From assembly GCF_009914755.1 (NCBI RefSeq), contig NC_060930.1: DNA of 64,000 bases; one strand, 5' to 3'. This stretch comes from the human T2T-CHM13v2.0 reference genome, Homo sapiens. Position 1 is the stretch's first letter; every line of letters begins with the position of its first letter. This document shows positions 1 through 15,545 of the stretch, in pieces. The notes beneath the pieces were generated by a model, which was not told the origin of the DNA, did no database searches, and worked only from the letters and a program-made list of their open reading frames with translations. Position numbers and translations under genes: made by a program.

Positions 1-271
1 AATATCATACTTAATGGTGAGAAGCTAGATGCTTTCCCCCTAAAAGCAAGGAGGTCACCTCATACCACTCTTCGCCAGCATTGTAATAGAAATTCTAACT
101 AATGCAACAAAGCAAGAAAAGGAAGCTATACAGATAGGGAAAGATGAAATAAAACTGTCTCTCTTCACAGATGATATGATTGTCTATGTAGAAAATCCCA
201 AAGAATTGACAAAAATATTCCTGGAACTGCATGATAAGTGATTATATTAGGATTTCTGTATATAAGATTAA

Positions 272-574
<303 letters not shown>

Positions 575-1268
575 GTCAATTGCTTTTTTACATACCAGCA
601 ATGAACAATTGAAGTCTGAAGTTAAAAACATAATAATAGTTAATTATAACATAATGCCATTTACAGTAGCACCCACAAAAAAAGGAGGAGCAGTAAGATG
701 GGAAGTGGGAAGATAAAGGGGAGGGGGAATAGGAGGAGAAGGACAGCAACAATTTAGAAATAAATCTTACAAAATATGTGCAAGATTTATATGAGGAAAA
801 CTACAAAACTCTGATTAAACCAAAGAAGATTTCAATAAATGGAAAGACATTCCACATTCATTGACAGGAAGACTCAACATTGCAAAGATGTGATTTCTTC
901 CCAAATATATCCACAGTCAATGTAATCCCAATCAAGCCTCAGCAAGTTATTTTGTGAATATCAACAAACTGAATCTAAAGTTTATACAGAAAGGCAAAAG
1001 ACCCAGAACAGCCAACACAATATGGAAGAACAAAAGTGAGAGAACCAACACCACCTGATATAAAGGTATACTGTAGAGCTAGAATAATTAAGGTAATATG
1101 GTATTGGTGAAGGAATAGACAAATAGATCAAAGGCACAGAATAATGAGACCACAAATAGACCCACACAAATGGAGGCAACTGATCTTTGACAAAGGAGTG
1201 AAGACAATTCAATGGGAAAAGAGCAGACTTTTCAAAAAATGGTGCTAGAACAGCTGAATACCTGCTAA

Positions 1269-1291
1269 ACACACACACACACACACACACA
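1269..1291. repeat. (CA)n microsatellite
   Basis: Direct read. Confidence 0.95.
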
Positions 1292-2480
1292 CTAATCTAG
1301 GCCTTACACCTTTTAAAAGCGTAACTCCAAATTGACTGTAGACCTCACTGTAAAACACAAAATTACGAAACTTCTAGAATATAACAGCAGAAAAGTCTAG
1401 GTGACCTTGGGCTTGGGTTTGGCAATGAATTGTTAGATATGACATCAAACGCATGAACCATGAGAGAAAAAAAAATGTTAAGTTTGACTTCATTAAAATT
1501 AACCTTTTCTCTGAGAAAGACATTGTTAAGAGCATGAAGAGACAGGCCACAGATTGGGGGAAAGTCTTAGCAAAACACATATCTGCTAAAAGAACATATA
1601 TACAAAATATATAATCAACTGTTAAAACTCAACGATAAGAAAACAAACAACCCACCTAAGAAATGGGCAAAGGATAGGAATAGACACCTCACCAAAGCAG
1701 GTATGTCAATGGTAAATAAGCATAATGAAAGATGTTCACCGTCACGTGTCACTAGGGAATTTCAAAGTAAAACAACAAGATGCCACTACACGCCTATTGA
1801 AAGGCCAAAACAAAAATCAAAAACAAACAAACAAACAAAAAAACCCTGAAAATACCAAATGCTGGTGAGGATGTGGAGCAATAGGAACTCTCATTCATTG
1901 ATGATGGAATGCAAAATGATACAGACACTTTGGAAGAGTTTACAGTTTCATATGAAGTTAAACATAGTCTTACTATAAAATCCAGCAATTGCGCTTCTAG
2001 ATATTTAGCCAAATGAGTTGAAACCTTATGCTCACAAAAAACCTACATGCAAATGTTTGTAACAGCTTTATTCATAATTGCCAAAAACTGGAAGCAACCA
2101 TAATGTCTTTCAAAGGGTAAATGAATAAGCAAACTGTGGAACATCCGTGCAATGGAATATTATACAGAAGTAAAAGAAAGGAGGTATCAAGTCACAGAAA
2201 GACATGGAGGAAACTGAAATGCATATTACTAAGTGAAGAAAGCCAGTCCAAAAAAGCTACATACATACAGTATGATTGCAACTATAAGACATCCTGGAAA
2301 AGGCAAAATTATGGTTGCCGGGGTGTTTATGGGGAGAGAAGGATTAATAGAGCACAGATAATTTTTAGGGCAGTGAAAACTGGATACATTACATTATGTA
2401 TTTTTAAAACCCACAGAATGAACAACACAGTGAACCTTAATGTAAACTATGGACTTTAGTTAATAATAAATAAAGTGTCA

Positions 2481-2648
2481 AGGCCAGGTGTGGTGCCTCA
2501 CACTTGGTATCCCAGCTTGTCACTAGGATTCACTTTTGAGAAGCTGAGGTGGGAGGATTATTTGAGGCCAGGAGTTCGAGACTGCAGTAAGCTATAATCA
2601 CACCACTGCACTCCAGCCTGGGCAACACAGTGAGACCATCTTTAAAAA
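2481..2648 (+). mobile_element. Alu monomer (FRAM/FAM-like)
   Basis: ggccaggtgtggtg...gaggccaggagttcgagactgcagt...cactccagcctgggcaac; a single arm. Confidence 0.8.
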
Positions 2649-3143
2649 GCAAATACATAAACAAAAAGTGTGTAAAAATAAAGTGTGATAATTTTATCTT
2701 TACCTTGAAGGGCCTGAATTACATTTTTATTTTAAACTACCTGCAAGGTAACAGTCCAGTGGTCATTTGTTATCATAGAAAAGTTCAGCACATTTGAAGC
2801 AGCTCTCATAACAGAGTGTGGAATTCATGTGTAATTTGAAATCTTCTGAGCGGTCTGTGTAGAGGTAACTGGTCACCTCTGTATGGTACAAGACTGTCAT
2901 GGCCACAGCCCGTTTTATGAAGCATGCCATTATGACAATGCTGCTATATTTAAAAGGCCTTTTCTTTGTTCAGTTACCCATATTAATTGCATTCTACAGC
3001 ATTCATCCACTCCTCTGTTGAACTTATTTTGCCAAGTTTACCTTTGAAGGACACGGTGAATTAATGTCACATGTGATGTCGTGTCTAGAAACTTACCCAC
3101 CATCAGTGTTTCATTTTTGCCAAAGCCATTACTACATTACTGA

Positions 3144-3460
<317 letters not shown>

Positions 3461-4008
3461 TCTGATTTTCTTTAAATTGCTTTTAAAATAAAGAAGTTAT
3501 TTACTTTTGAGAATATACCTTTATTGAATACACACGTGGGTGATATTCAAAATACTTGAAAGCTGGCATTGCACAGGCATCTGAGTGCTCAGAAGCTGGC
3601 AGCCCTGGGGTGCAGGAGCCACCCTTCACAGGTGGGTTTGGAGTGGGTTGGGTGGTCAAGGTGGAAGAGACTTTCTCAGAGCAGTGGCTGCTCACTGATC
3701 TGCACAGAAGTGTGTCAAAGTGTTGACCACAGCTATAGTGGCACCCACACATACAGACTAATGGTCACTCTTAGGTAAATACAGATTTCAATATTGAAAC
3801 TGATTCTGGTGAATACATGAACCAAGACCTATTCGAATATCTAAACTTTCTGTGTACTATAAAACAATATTCTCACATTGTAAATTTGTTTAAGTACTCA
3901 TTTCTTCGAACCTTCAGCAAGATTTCCTAAAATGTCACCTAACAACATATGCTTTAAGAATACATTTAAGTTTATTGCTTTGATATTTTCTGCATATTAT
4001 TGTGGTAA

Positions 4009-4325
<317 letters not shown>

Positions 4326-4554
4326 TATTGTGGTAATTTTCATCTCAGCAGAATGTTTTCCAAGTGATACATGATTTTTAATCTTTCTCTATTAAGACAG
4401 AAACTTCACAAAAGAGGCCTCCAAATGATCCTTATTAAGTTTAGTAAATTTTTGTAAAGTATCCAATGCAGCAACGCATGATCTTAAATGTCACTGAGAA
4501 GTATAGGAGTTAGTTTGAAAGTTTCCAATGCTTCATTTTTCTTTGCTTTTCTTT

Positions 4555-4708
4555 GTTATTTTTGTTTTAGATTCAGGGGGCCCGCATGCAGGTTAGTTAC
4601 AAGCGTATATTGTGTGATGCTGAGGTTTGGGCTCCTGTTGATCCCATCGCCCAGATAGGAAGGTGTTCAGCCCTTCTCCCTCTTGGGGATCCCGGTGTCT
4701 ATTGTTCC
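4555..4708 (-). mobile_element. L1 3' UTR end fragment (L1PB/L1MA-like)
   Basis: ttagattcaggggg...catgcaggttagttac...atattgtgtgatgctgaggtttggg resembles the reverse L1 3' terminus. Confidence 0.7.
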
Positions 4709-5605
4709 AGGCTCGCTTATAAGCAGGAGCTAACACTGGGTACCGTGAGCGTCACTGCTTCATTGTGAATGCCCTGCCAGGTCACACACTCATTAGCTAG
4801 TTTCTCCAGGCTCTGGTACGCTCGGGAAAGTTTGTCCAATTTGGAGAGCAGGATGTAAATTCATTTCTGGCTTCAGCAATTTTGCCATTTCCTTTTTTCT
4901 CCTGGCTTAGCCTTGACTGGATGGGCGTTTCAGGCCAGCTTTTCAAGACCTCATTCGTGGTTCCCCAGGATCTGCCTCTGCCATTTCTCCGAGGTCGCCT
5001 ACTGGTTTTGCCTCATGAGCAGCCCATGGGTAGGCGTCATCTGCAGTAAACTGCGGTTTGGCTCAGGAAGCTAAAGTGAGAGATGTGAGCACCGGCTGCC
5101 CCACAGGTGCCCTCAGGGTAACCGCTTTACCGCAACTTGCCCATGAGGCCTGGGTCCCAGACAGCCTTGAGAAGGCCCTACTAACACGCACAGTGTCACA
5201 GCAGTGTGTGCTGTCTGTTTTTTAAAAATTACCATATAGGCTTTTGTCATACTCTTAGTAAATATTCACGTTCATAACTTATTTGGGATTGTTTTTGTTA
5301 AAGAGAATCCCCAAAGCTATAAAAGCTCCAGGCCCCACAGAGCCCAGCTTTGCCTGACGCATGGGACAGTGAGTTGCCCAGTCGGCCTCCATATGAAATA
5401 CTAGTTAGGCTTAACTTCTTTTTCATTCTTAGAAAACAAAATGAAGAAAAGTTTTCTCCCTCCCCTATATGAGTGATTTTGTGCACCTTACCTTGAAGGA
5501 CACTGACTTGAATTTCAGGGTTTTATTGCCCTTGGTAGGGGAAGAAGTTCTGTGTAAACCTCAATCACAACAGGCAGCCAGCCCGCTCTGAACCCAGAAA
5601 CGAGA

Positions 5606-6285
<680 letters not shown>

Positions 6286-7639
6286 CAGGACCTGCCTGTT
6301 TTGAGGGGGATACAAAAAGAACACAAATCATCTGTCCTGTAGCAGTTTGCAGCTGGCTAGGAAGATGAAGCACCAGGTCGAAGCACCAGGAGGCCGACTG
6401 CAGCAAAGGCCAACTAGAGTGGTGTGGAGTAGAAAGGAAGGGCCTACGGGGATTGAGGGAAGGCGGAACACGGTGGTGGACACTTTGGGTGGTCTTTGAA
6501 GAAATGCTTTGAAGAGTTGAGGAGGGAAAAAGGAAAGGATACGCGATGGGGGAAGAGATCATGAAAGCCTAAAATACAAGTGCCCTAGTCCAAAGATGGG
6601 GAAGAGACCGCCAGCTGGAAAGGCTGAGCAGAGAGGGCGAATGTGAATGTCCCATCCCAGGACTTGACCTTGCCCAACAGGAAACGGGTGGCCTTTGAGT
6701 GGGCGTAGACTGTCAGGCAATGTTACAGGAAGATCCGTCTCCTGGTGGTGTGCAAGGTGCTGCGGGGGAAAGGTGATGAGTTACGAGAGGTTCTAGTGAC
6801 ATCTACAAGGCAGATGGGAGTCAGGGTCAGGGAGACCATAAAGAAGCAGCAAGATATGTCCCTACCCCCCAACCCCAGCCAAACCTCAAATGTATACAAT
6901 CCGGCGTTTTTCAGAAAATGCTTGCAAAGCCCTGGAACATACCAGCACAAAGTCCCAGCTCTGATAGTAACTGCTGATTCAAATTAACCAGTGAATCACT
7001 TAAACATTTTGTTTCTTTAAAGTATGTTTTTCCTCCTAGTGGACACAGCTGACTTGGTGACCCAGTGCCTGGCCCTTTCAAGTCGGTTTCCTTAATCAAA
7101 CCACAAACCAACAGATAAGTGGGGAGGAGCAGGGGTGAAGAGAGCAGCCCCAGCCCAGTGCCTCCTGCTGTTCCAGCAGGGACACACCCCCCCCACCCCC
7201 ACCCCACCCCCAGGGATCAAAGAGAGCCTGGCTCTCCTGCACGCTCTCCACAGGGGAGAAAAACGCCTAATATAATTAAAAATACCCTGCAATTTGGTAT
7301 GATCTGAAGCTGTGACATTTTGTTACCAAGGATTAAGGCTTATGGAGAGCAGTCGACTCACCACCAATTTAGAAGATCCTGAATGTTGAACCTTCTGTGT
7401 AGAGAACTCACTATCTGGTGTCTGCTGGAATATTTTCTCAGATCTACTCACTTCCGTGTGTAGAAACCATTTTCAAGGTGGAAGACACAGCATTTCCTTT
7501 CCACATCAAAGGCCGTTGGCCCAAAGCTGAAAAATTTCACTCAACAAACAGTGTGATCCCATTTGATCAATGAAAAGAATAGGAAAAAGGAAAGAAATAT
7601 GGAAACATGCACATTGATGGCCAGTCTTACGTGTCAGGC

Positions 7640-7930
7640 TGTGTGTTAGATGGCTCGATCACATTTATTCATTCCATAAACTATTTCTTGAGCCTCCTCT
7701 CAGACTGTGCCAGCCACGTGGGCCTGTAGGGAGCACTGCCAGGCAGGATTCCCACCTTGGCAGAGCCCACAATTCACCACCAGGGAGACAGATGTTGATC
7801 CAGTGACCACAGAAATACATCTGCAGCTACAACTGGGCAAGTGCTACAGGGGAAAGGGACTTACCTCATCCCTGAGAACCTATAATACAAGGGAGATTCA
7901 ACATTTATCAGGAGGTAGAAAATGCTTCTC
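7640..7930 (+). mobile_element. L2-like fragment
   Basis: atttattcattcc...tatttcttgagcctcct...tgtgccag pattern typical of an L2 3' end. Boundaries approximate. Confidence 0.5.
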
Positions 7931-8229
7931 CAGGAGTATAAGGCTTGAGCCAGCCTCTGCACAATGCGGAGGGGTTCGCTGGGTGCAAGACGGAGGAGGG
8001 AGTCTGGGAAGAGTCCGGGCGGGGAGGAGGTGCAGGGGTCTCTTTATGAGAGGGGGCAGGGCCCCTGAGATAAGAGCTGGGACACGGCAGAGGCAGACCA
8101 CACTGGGTAGACGTGTCGGTCACACTCAGGGTTCTGGTCTTTATCTTCAGAGCACTCGGAAGACACTAAAATGTCTTGAGAAGGACGCTGACATGAGCAT
8201 AGATGTGCTTTGAAACTATTACCCTAACA

Positions 8230-10045
8230 GATGTGAAGGAGCTCTTCAAGGAGGACTACAGACCACCGCTCAACCAAATAAGAGAGAATAAAATACCTAG
8301 GAATCCAACTTACCAGGGATGTGAAGGATCTCTTCAAGGAGAACTACAGACCACCGCTCAACCAAATAAGAGAGCACACAAACAAATGGAAGAACATTCC
8401 ATGCTCATGCATAGGAAGAATCAACATCATGAAAATGGCCATACTGCCCAAGGTAATTTATAGATTCAGTGCTACCCCTATCAAGCTACCAATGACTTTC
8501 TTCACAGAATTGGAAAAAACTACTTTAAAGTTCATATGGAACCAAAAAAGAGCCTGCATTGCCAAGACAACCCTAAGCCAAAAGAACAAAGCTGGAGGCA
8601 TCACATTACCTGGCTTCAACCTGTACTACAAGGCTACAGTAACCAAAACAGCATGGTACTGGTACCAAAACAGAGATATAGACCAATGGGTCAGAACAGA
8701 GCCCTCAGAAATAATGCCACATATCTACAACCATCTGATCTTTGACAAACCTGACAAAAACAAGAAATGGGGAAAGGATTCCCTATTTAATAAATGGTGC
8801 TGGGAAAACTGGCTAGCCATATATAGAAAGCTGAAACTGGATCCCTTCCTTACACCTTATACAAAAATTAATTCAAGATGGATTAAAGACTTAAATGTTA
8901 GACCTAAAACCATAAAAACTCTAGAAGAAAACCTAGGCAATACCATTCAGGACACAGGCATGGGCAAGGACTTCATGACTAAAACACCAAAAGCAATGGC
9001 AATGAAAGCCAAAATAGACAAATGGAATCTAATTAAACTAAAGAGCTTCTGCACAGCAAAAGAAAGTACCATCAGAATGAATAGGCAACCTACAGAATGG
9101 GAGAAAAATTTTACAATCTACCCACCTGACAAAGGGCTAATATCCAGAATCTACAAAGAACTTAAACAAATTTACAAGAAAAAATCAAACAACCCCATCA
9201 AAAAGTGGGCAAAGTATATGAACAGACACTTCTCAAAAGAAGACATGTATGCAGCCAACAGACACATGAAAAAATGCTCATCATCACTGGTCATCGGAGA
9301 AATGCAAATCAAAACCACAGTGAGATACCGTCTCACACCAGTTAGAATGGCAATCATTAAAAAGTCAGGAAACGACAGGTGCTGGAGAGGATGTGGAGAA
9401 ATAGGAACACTTTTACACAGTTGGTAGGACTGTAAACTAGTTCAACCATTGTGGAAGACAGTGTGATGATTCCTCAAGGATCTAGAACTAGAAATACCAT
9501 TTGACCCAGCCATCCCATTACTGGGTGTATACCCAAAGGATTATAAATCATGCTGCTGTAAAGACACATGCACACATATGTTTACTGTGGCACTATTCAC
9601 AATAGCAAAGACTTGGAACCAACCCAAATGTCCATCAGTGATAGACTGGATTAAGAAAATGTGGCACATATTCACATGGAATACTATGCAGCCACAAAAA
9701 AGGATGAGTTCATGTCCTTTGTAGGGACATGGATGAAGCTGGAAACCATCATTCTGAGCAAACTATCCCAAGGACAGAAAACCAAACACCGCATCTTCTC
9801 ACTCATAGGTAGGAATTGAACAATGAGAACACGTGGACACAGGATGGGGAACATCACACACATGGGCCTGTCATGGGGTGGGGGAGGCGGGAGGGATAGC
9901 ATTAGGAGATATACCTGATGTAAATGAAGAGTTAATGGGTGCAGCACACCAACATGGCACATGTATACATATGTAACAAACCTGCCCTTTGTGCATATGT
10001 ACCCTAGAACTTAAAGTATAAGAAGAAGAAGAAGAAGAAGAAGAA
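8230..10045 (+). mobile_element. 5'-truncated primate LINE-1 (L1PA, mid-age) with (GAA)n tail
   Basis: High similarity to L1 ORF2 3' third and 3' UTR, ending accctagaacttaaagtata. TSD gaaaYtattaccctaaca at 8212-8229 and 10043-10060. Confidence 0.98.
8321..9427 (+). pseudogene. LINE-1 ORF2p C-terminal fragment (368 aa open; no endonuclease or RT core; premature stop after [15 protein letters not shown])
   Basis: Translation matches L1 ORF2p: [51 protein letters not shown]. The CCHC motif is damaged (HCW to HSW*). Confidence 0.95.
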
Positions 10046-11549
10046 ATTATTACCCTAACAAAAAACTAATATAAGAAGACAAAGAAGGGAGGCAGTGAGG
10101 CCAGGAGAGGTCCGCATGGTGAAGGATGAGGGCTGCCCCCCACCTAGTGAGGATGGGGAGGGACAGATGCCCAAGCACCCAAAGCTATTGGCTGTTGGGG
10201 AGATTAGCAACAAGTGCAGGAGTGGATCAGGGAGTGAGGAGAGGGTGAAGGAAGGGATCATTCCCAGGTGACAGCTTGCATGATATTCCCTTTATAGCAC
10301 CATGTCTAATCCTCCCCAACCTTGTCCTCTGAGCCTTGCAGAGCACATGCCGAAACAGTAAGGGGGACTATGCTCCCTGACCACCTCCCAGCCCCCAGGG
10401 GCTCCTCTCGCTCTGCAGGCTGTGTTTCTCACCTAAGCCACACTGGCCCTCAGGACTCCCAGGACTCCCCTTGAAATAGACAGATAAGTGCCCAGGCAGG
10501 CTAAGCTGCAGGACCTGTGCCTTGCATGTGGCTCTGTGGCTCAGCATCCTCCAAATTGACACTCACTGGGGGTCGTCCCTGATGATCCCAGCTAAAGCCA
10601 AGTATATTTGTAATCGTAATTTCAGATTGTAATACAATATTTATATAATCCGGTAAAATATGACTGTGGAAGGGGGTTATTCCTTAAAAATAAACCAAAA
10701 CACCACGCTGTTTTAGGAAAAAGTGATAAAGGTAAGTCACCTAACAGACCACCAACAAATTGAGTGGAGATGAGAGAACTGAAAAAGCTTGAGAAGCAAT
10801 CTCTGCTCAGCCCGGGTTGTGGGGTAGTGGAAGTAATCATGTAATAGAATCTACTGCAGGCAGTCCACTTGGGGTCTGCTCTTTCCCAGCTCCTCTGGAT
10901 CACACTCTACATTCCCAAGTCCATTTGGGTCTTGTTTTGTGCTTTCTGTTTGGTTCACATGATCTCCGTGGCAGTACCACAGTATCTGATAGGGCAAATC
11001 CATCCTGGTTGCTCTTCTAGATGTGGACTTCACATCTTAAATAGTACTCTTCGATTTTGGTTGATTAAGTAGAGGGAACCTATAGATTCATGGTCCAAAT
11101 TATAACAGCACAATTTATAGAGCCATCTGGCTTGGCTAGTAGGCAGTTAATATTAGAAATTGATTGATTCTGGAAGCCTTTCATGTAAACATGTTTAAAG
11201 CTAAATCTATGATCATGCATTCATCCAACAAGTTTTTCACGAAGAGCCAAGGTTTTTCCATTGAGTTTGGGTCTGCTGATTAGAGTTTTGTGGGTTTTCT
11301 TGCATCCTTAAAACCTTTAGAAGATACCTTACTCTTCAACTCTGCAGTTACAAGGGTATATTGGCAGGTGTATCGGCAATTCTAGTTCTAAATTTTCATC
11401 TCATTATGCTCTTACAGAATAATTTCCATAAGGTTTTACCTGGCACAAGAATCGGCATTCCATTGGGAGGCCATCCCTGCACCCCACCCCATGCTAGGAT
11501 CCCCAGCATCCCCTGCATGGCTCTTTCCTTATCTGGTCCTGTGTTCTGA

Positions 11550-11680
11550 GTTTGCTAGTCTCCTCCTCAGTCAGGCTGTAAGCACCTAGCCCACGGGCAC
11601 GATGTCTTGTACTGTTCCCAGCCTATCATACAACTGCTTTCACACCACAAGTGCTCCTTACATATTTAAGTAATGAATGT
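11550..11680. mobile_element. L2-like fragment
   Basis: aggctgtaagcacc...gggcacgatgtcttg...aagtgctc...aatgaatg resembles an L2 3' tail. Confidence 0.5.
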
Positions 11681-11867
11681 CCCTGTCTTTCATAGCTATT
11701 GCTATGAATAACTATTGTTAGGAGTATCGTAAGAATGACTTGGGACTAGAGTCCAGTAGCCTGGAGTTCCCTCCGTGTTCTGTTTTACAGTCAGGAAGGA
11801 TAATCCATATTTTACCTGCCGGTGCCATTCAGTAGGAATTCCTGCAGCAATCCAGACTTTCTTTACC

Positions 11868-12032
11868 CACTCTCTCCAATGCAGTGGCCACTAGCTGCAC
11901 GTGGCTATGGAGCACTTGAAATGTGGCTAGTACGACTGAGGAATTAAATTTAATTTTACCTAACTGTATTGAATTTAAACTTACAGTCACATGTGACTAG
12001 TGGCCACAGCCTTGGGCAGAAGGGATCTAGAC
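11868..12032. mobile_element. MER3-like hAT-Charlie DNA transposon
   Basis: ccaatgcagtggccactagctgcacgtggcta..gagcacttgaaatgtggctagt...cacatgtgactagtggc; internally palindromic. Confidence 0.8.
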
Positions 12033-12999
12033 TAATTGCCTTGTTTTCCAAGTGGGAAAACCGGGTCCCAGGCAGTTAGATGATTGGTTAATTTTACTAC
12101 TAAGTAGTCAGAGACCATCAAACACTCCAATAATGATATCATGAGGATCTGTGGGTTGGTTACTGGGGTTAATTTGTACCCTACAAGGAAAGATATAAAG
12201 TATTTATGCTTCTTTTAATACGTTTGAAGAGACGATTATAAGATTCTTTCTCAACTTTATGCTGGCCTGGAAATGGCCTTTCAGAATGCTCTGAGTTCCC
12301 ATTTTAGAATGGACATTAGAGATTTTAAATTTGATCTATATTGTCTATATTTCATTAAACAGAAAATCAAGACCATTGTTAAAATAAGTTTGGAAATCAC
12401 AAAGCTGTCAAGTATAAGGACAGTGTAGTTTGTGCTGTGTAGTTTGAAGGAAATCTTTCATGCTTTGATCACGTGCATAGTTCAAACTGGAGACTCAAAC
12501 CGCATAATCCAGCAAGATCTCCTGGAGAATGAACAGTATCAGGTGCACACACAATCCTCCAGGACATTTCGTGCTAAACTATGTGAAAGTGGCAGAATAA
12601 CTAAAAATCTTGGAGTCTTCTTTTAAACTAAAAGAGAAAAACCCTGAAAGCCAAGTGGAAAGAAAAAGCATTCATTGGAGATTAAAATTCGGATGTGAAA
12701 TTGAGAGGAAAATGTTAACACCACAGCTTCCCTTCACGTCCTTATCATTTCTTTAAGAGAAAAGCAAGAAAATTTAAGGAGAAAATGTGTGGGGAAGATG
12801 CAGGAAGGACACGAGGTGGTGGCTTTGTACAGTTTCACCTTCAACTTGAATGGAGAGCACTCTGCGTATGTGTGTTATTTACAGATACACATCTGTATTG
12901 GCCTTAAGTGTAGCACCCTCAGTTAAAATAACCCATTTCTCTTCACAAAGTTACGCTGAAACCAGGAAAGCCTTGGAGAGTTGGTATTAAAATGCTGAG

Positions 13000-13500
13000 A
13001 ATCCGGCAGACCTGAGTGTTCCGAGGAGGTGCGTCTTTCCTTGTAAAGCTGGCCCATAGCTGCTGTCAACATACCTGGGACACCAATTTAAAAAGGAAAA
13101 AGGAAGTGGTCAAAGTCATGCTTTTTGCAGACTTCAAAGGTGATCCCTCCCTCCCCCTCTTTACATTTTACTGTCTGGGAGCTGACGGGTCTGCAGCTGT
13201 TGGCAGAGGCTGTTCTGGGCGTCAAACCTGCCTCCTCACGGCCCATAAAACTGCAGCGGGAACCGGAGCAGGTGTGGGCGGGGCGGGCAGGACGCCCTTC
13301 AGGGTCTCCCTGACATCCCATGCTGTGTGGGTGGGGGGAGGGAGGCTTGTGGGGGCTTCCCTGTGGGGTCCTCCCTTTCCACAGCCAGGGCGTTGGGGTA
13401 GCTGCCCACCCAGTTGCTGAGGGAGCTGAGGCCTCTGCAGCACAAGTCCACCAAGACTTGGGCCCCCAAAGGAGGACCGCGGAGAAGCCAAAGTAACCCA
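13000..13500. promoter_or_regulatory. GC-rich block with tandem GC boxes (possible promoter/enhancer)
   Basis: ggtgtgggcggggcgggc at about 13271-13288, nearby gcccataaaa, and locally raised CpG. Confidence 0.35.
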
Positions 13501-14436
13501 GACACTTGGTAATCCACGTTTTTGGTGTTTTGTTGTTTGTTTTATAAGCCTTAAACAGCAGCAAGTACTAGAACAAAACACCTCTACAATCTACAAGTCC
13601 GGGTTCTTTTCCTCCTCAAACTGGGAGAAAGAAATACAAAATCAGACTTGTTTTCAAAGATGTCAGATATCTATTGGCATTTAATAGTAAGAATGCGATA
13701 CATTTGCCCTTTTTCTTTTCTTCACGCGATAGAACAAATCAGTAGTTATAGAATGCCTCTTAGTCGATTGCAATGAAAAGTTGCAAATCACAGCTCATTA
13801 TGGCTTCTTGTTTTGTGCCAGTATTTTAGAAGGGAAAAAACAGAAAATCAATTTACTTAAAGCAATCTTAAAAATGTCTTTTTTTAATTACACTCATTGA
13901 GAAATACGCACACTTCTTTAAAGAAATGGAAAAGCAAGCGGAAGTGGCCTTTTGCAAAAGACAGAAAGAGGGAAGAGGGAAAGGACCATCCAGGTCTGAA
14001 GAGCAAGAGAATCAGGCCTGCAACATTAATGAAGCCCCACTGTGTGCCAAGTAGTGGGTGCTTCACGGCATTGGGGCAGGAGGGGAGGTAGGAGTGAGGG
14101 CAGTGAAGGAAAAAAACATGAAGGAATTATTAAAAGTCCTGTTTTGTTTTGTTTTTTCCCTCAAGGGTATTACTTTATAATGGAGATGCCCAACAAATAA
14201 ACACAAAATGGACTTAAATACATTTTAAAAATCAGCAGCCAATAATTTATTTTATACCCTTCAATTATTTTCGCTCTTTACTATAATGTTTGCATGATAC
14301 ATAACACTGCTTATCGAGGTCATAATTTCGATAATTGTTTCTATCGGGTTCCATACTTTAAAATCTGCGGAAAACTGATGGGGGTTGGGGTTTAGTGACC
14401 CCTGAGAACATTTCTATTAAGATTGATAGAAAACAC

Positions 14437-15198
<762 letters not shown>

Positions 15199-15382
15199 CT
15201 ACCATATGTCAGGCATTGGCTAGGATTGTGACACATAAGGATTAAACATAAAATAGAGTGTAGTTTAAACAGAAGACATTTTAAACACAATGTAGTTTAA
15301 AAGACACATGAGTTGTTTCAATTTATTTTCCCATAATTTAAGTCCAGTAAAGAGAATCACAAAGCTAATATCCACAAAGATT

Positions 15383-15545
15383 AGAGGTCTGAAAACTACA
15401 TTCTAGTGGCCAAATCTGTGACTTTTTATATTTTTTAAGTTGTTAAAAAAGGAAAGAAAGAAGAGGATCAACAACAGAAACTGAATGTGGCCTTCAAAGT
15501 CTGTAATGATGGCTCTCTAGCCCTTTCCAGGAAATGTTTGCCTAG
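15383..15545. mobile_element. MER58-like DNA transposon
   Basis: agaggtctgaaaactac...ggccaaatctg...tgtggccttcaaagtct...gccctttccaggaaatgtttgcc. Confidence 0.6.

Noticed and set aside
8321-9427. 368-aa ORF as a host gene
   Set aside because: It is L1 ORF2p sequence within a 5'-truncated, TSD-flanked insertion that has no promoter, endonuclease or RT core.
11986-11999. Palindrome agtcacatgtgact
   Set aside because: Part of the internally symmetric MER3-like element.
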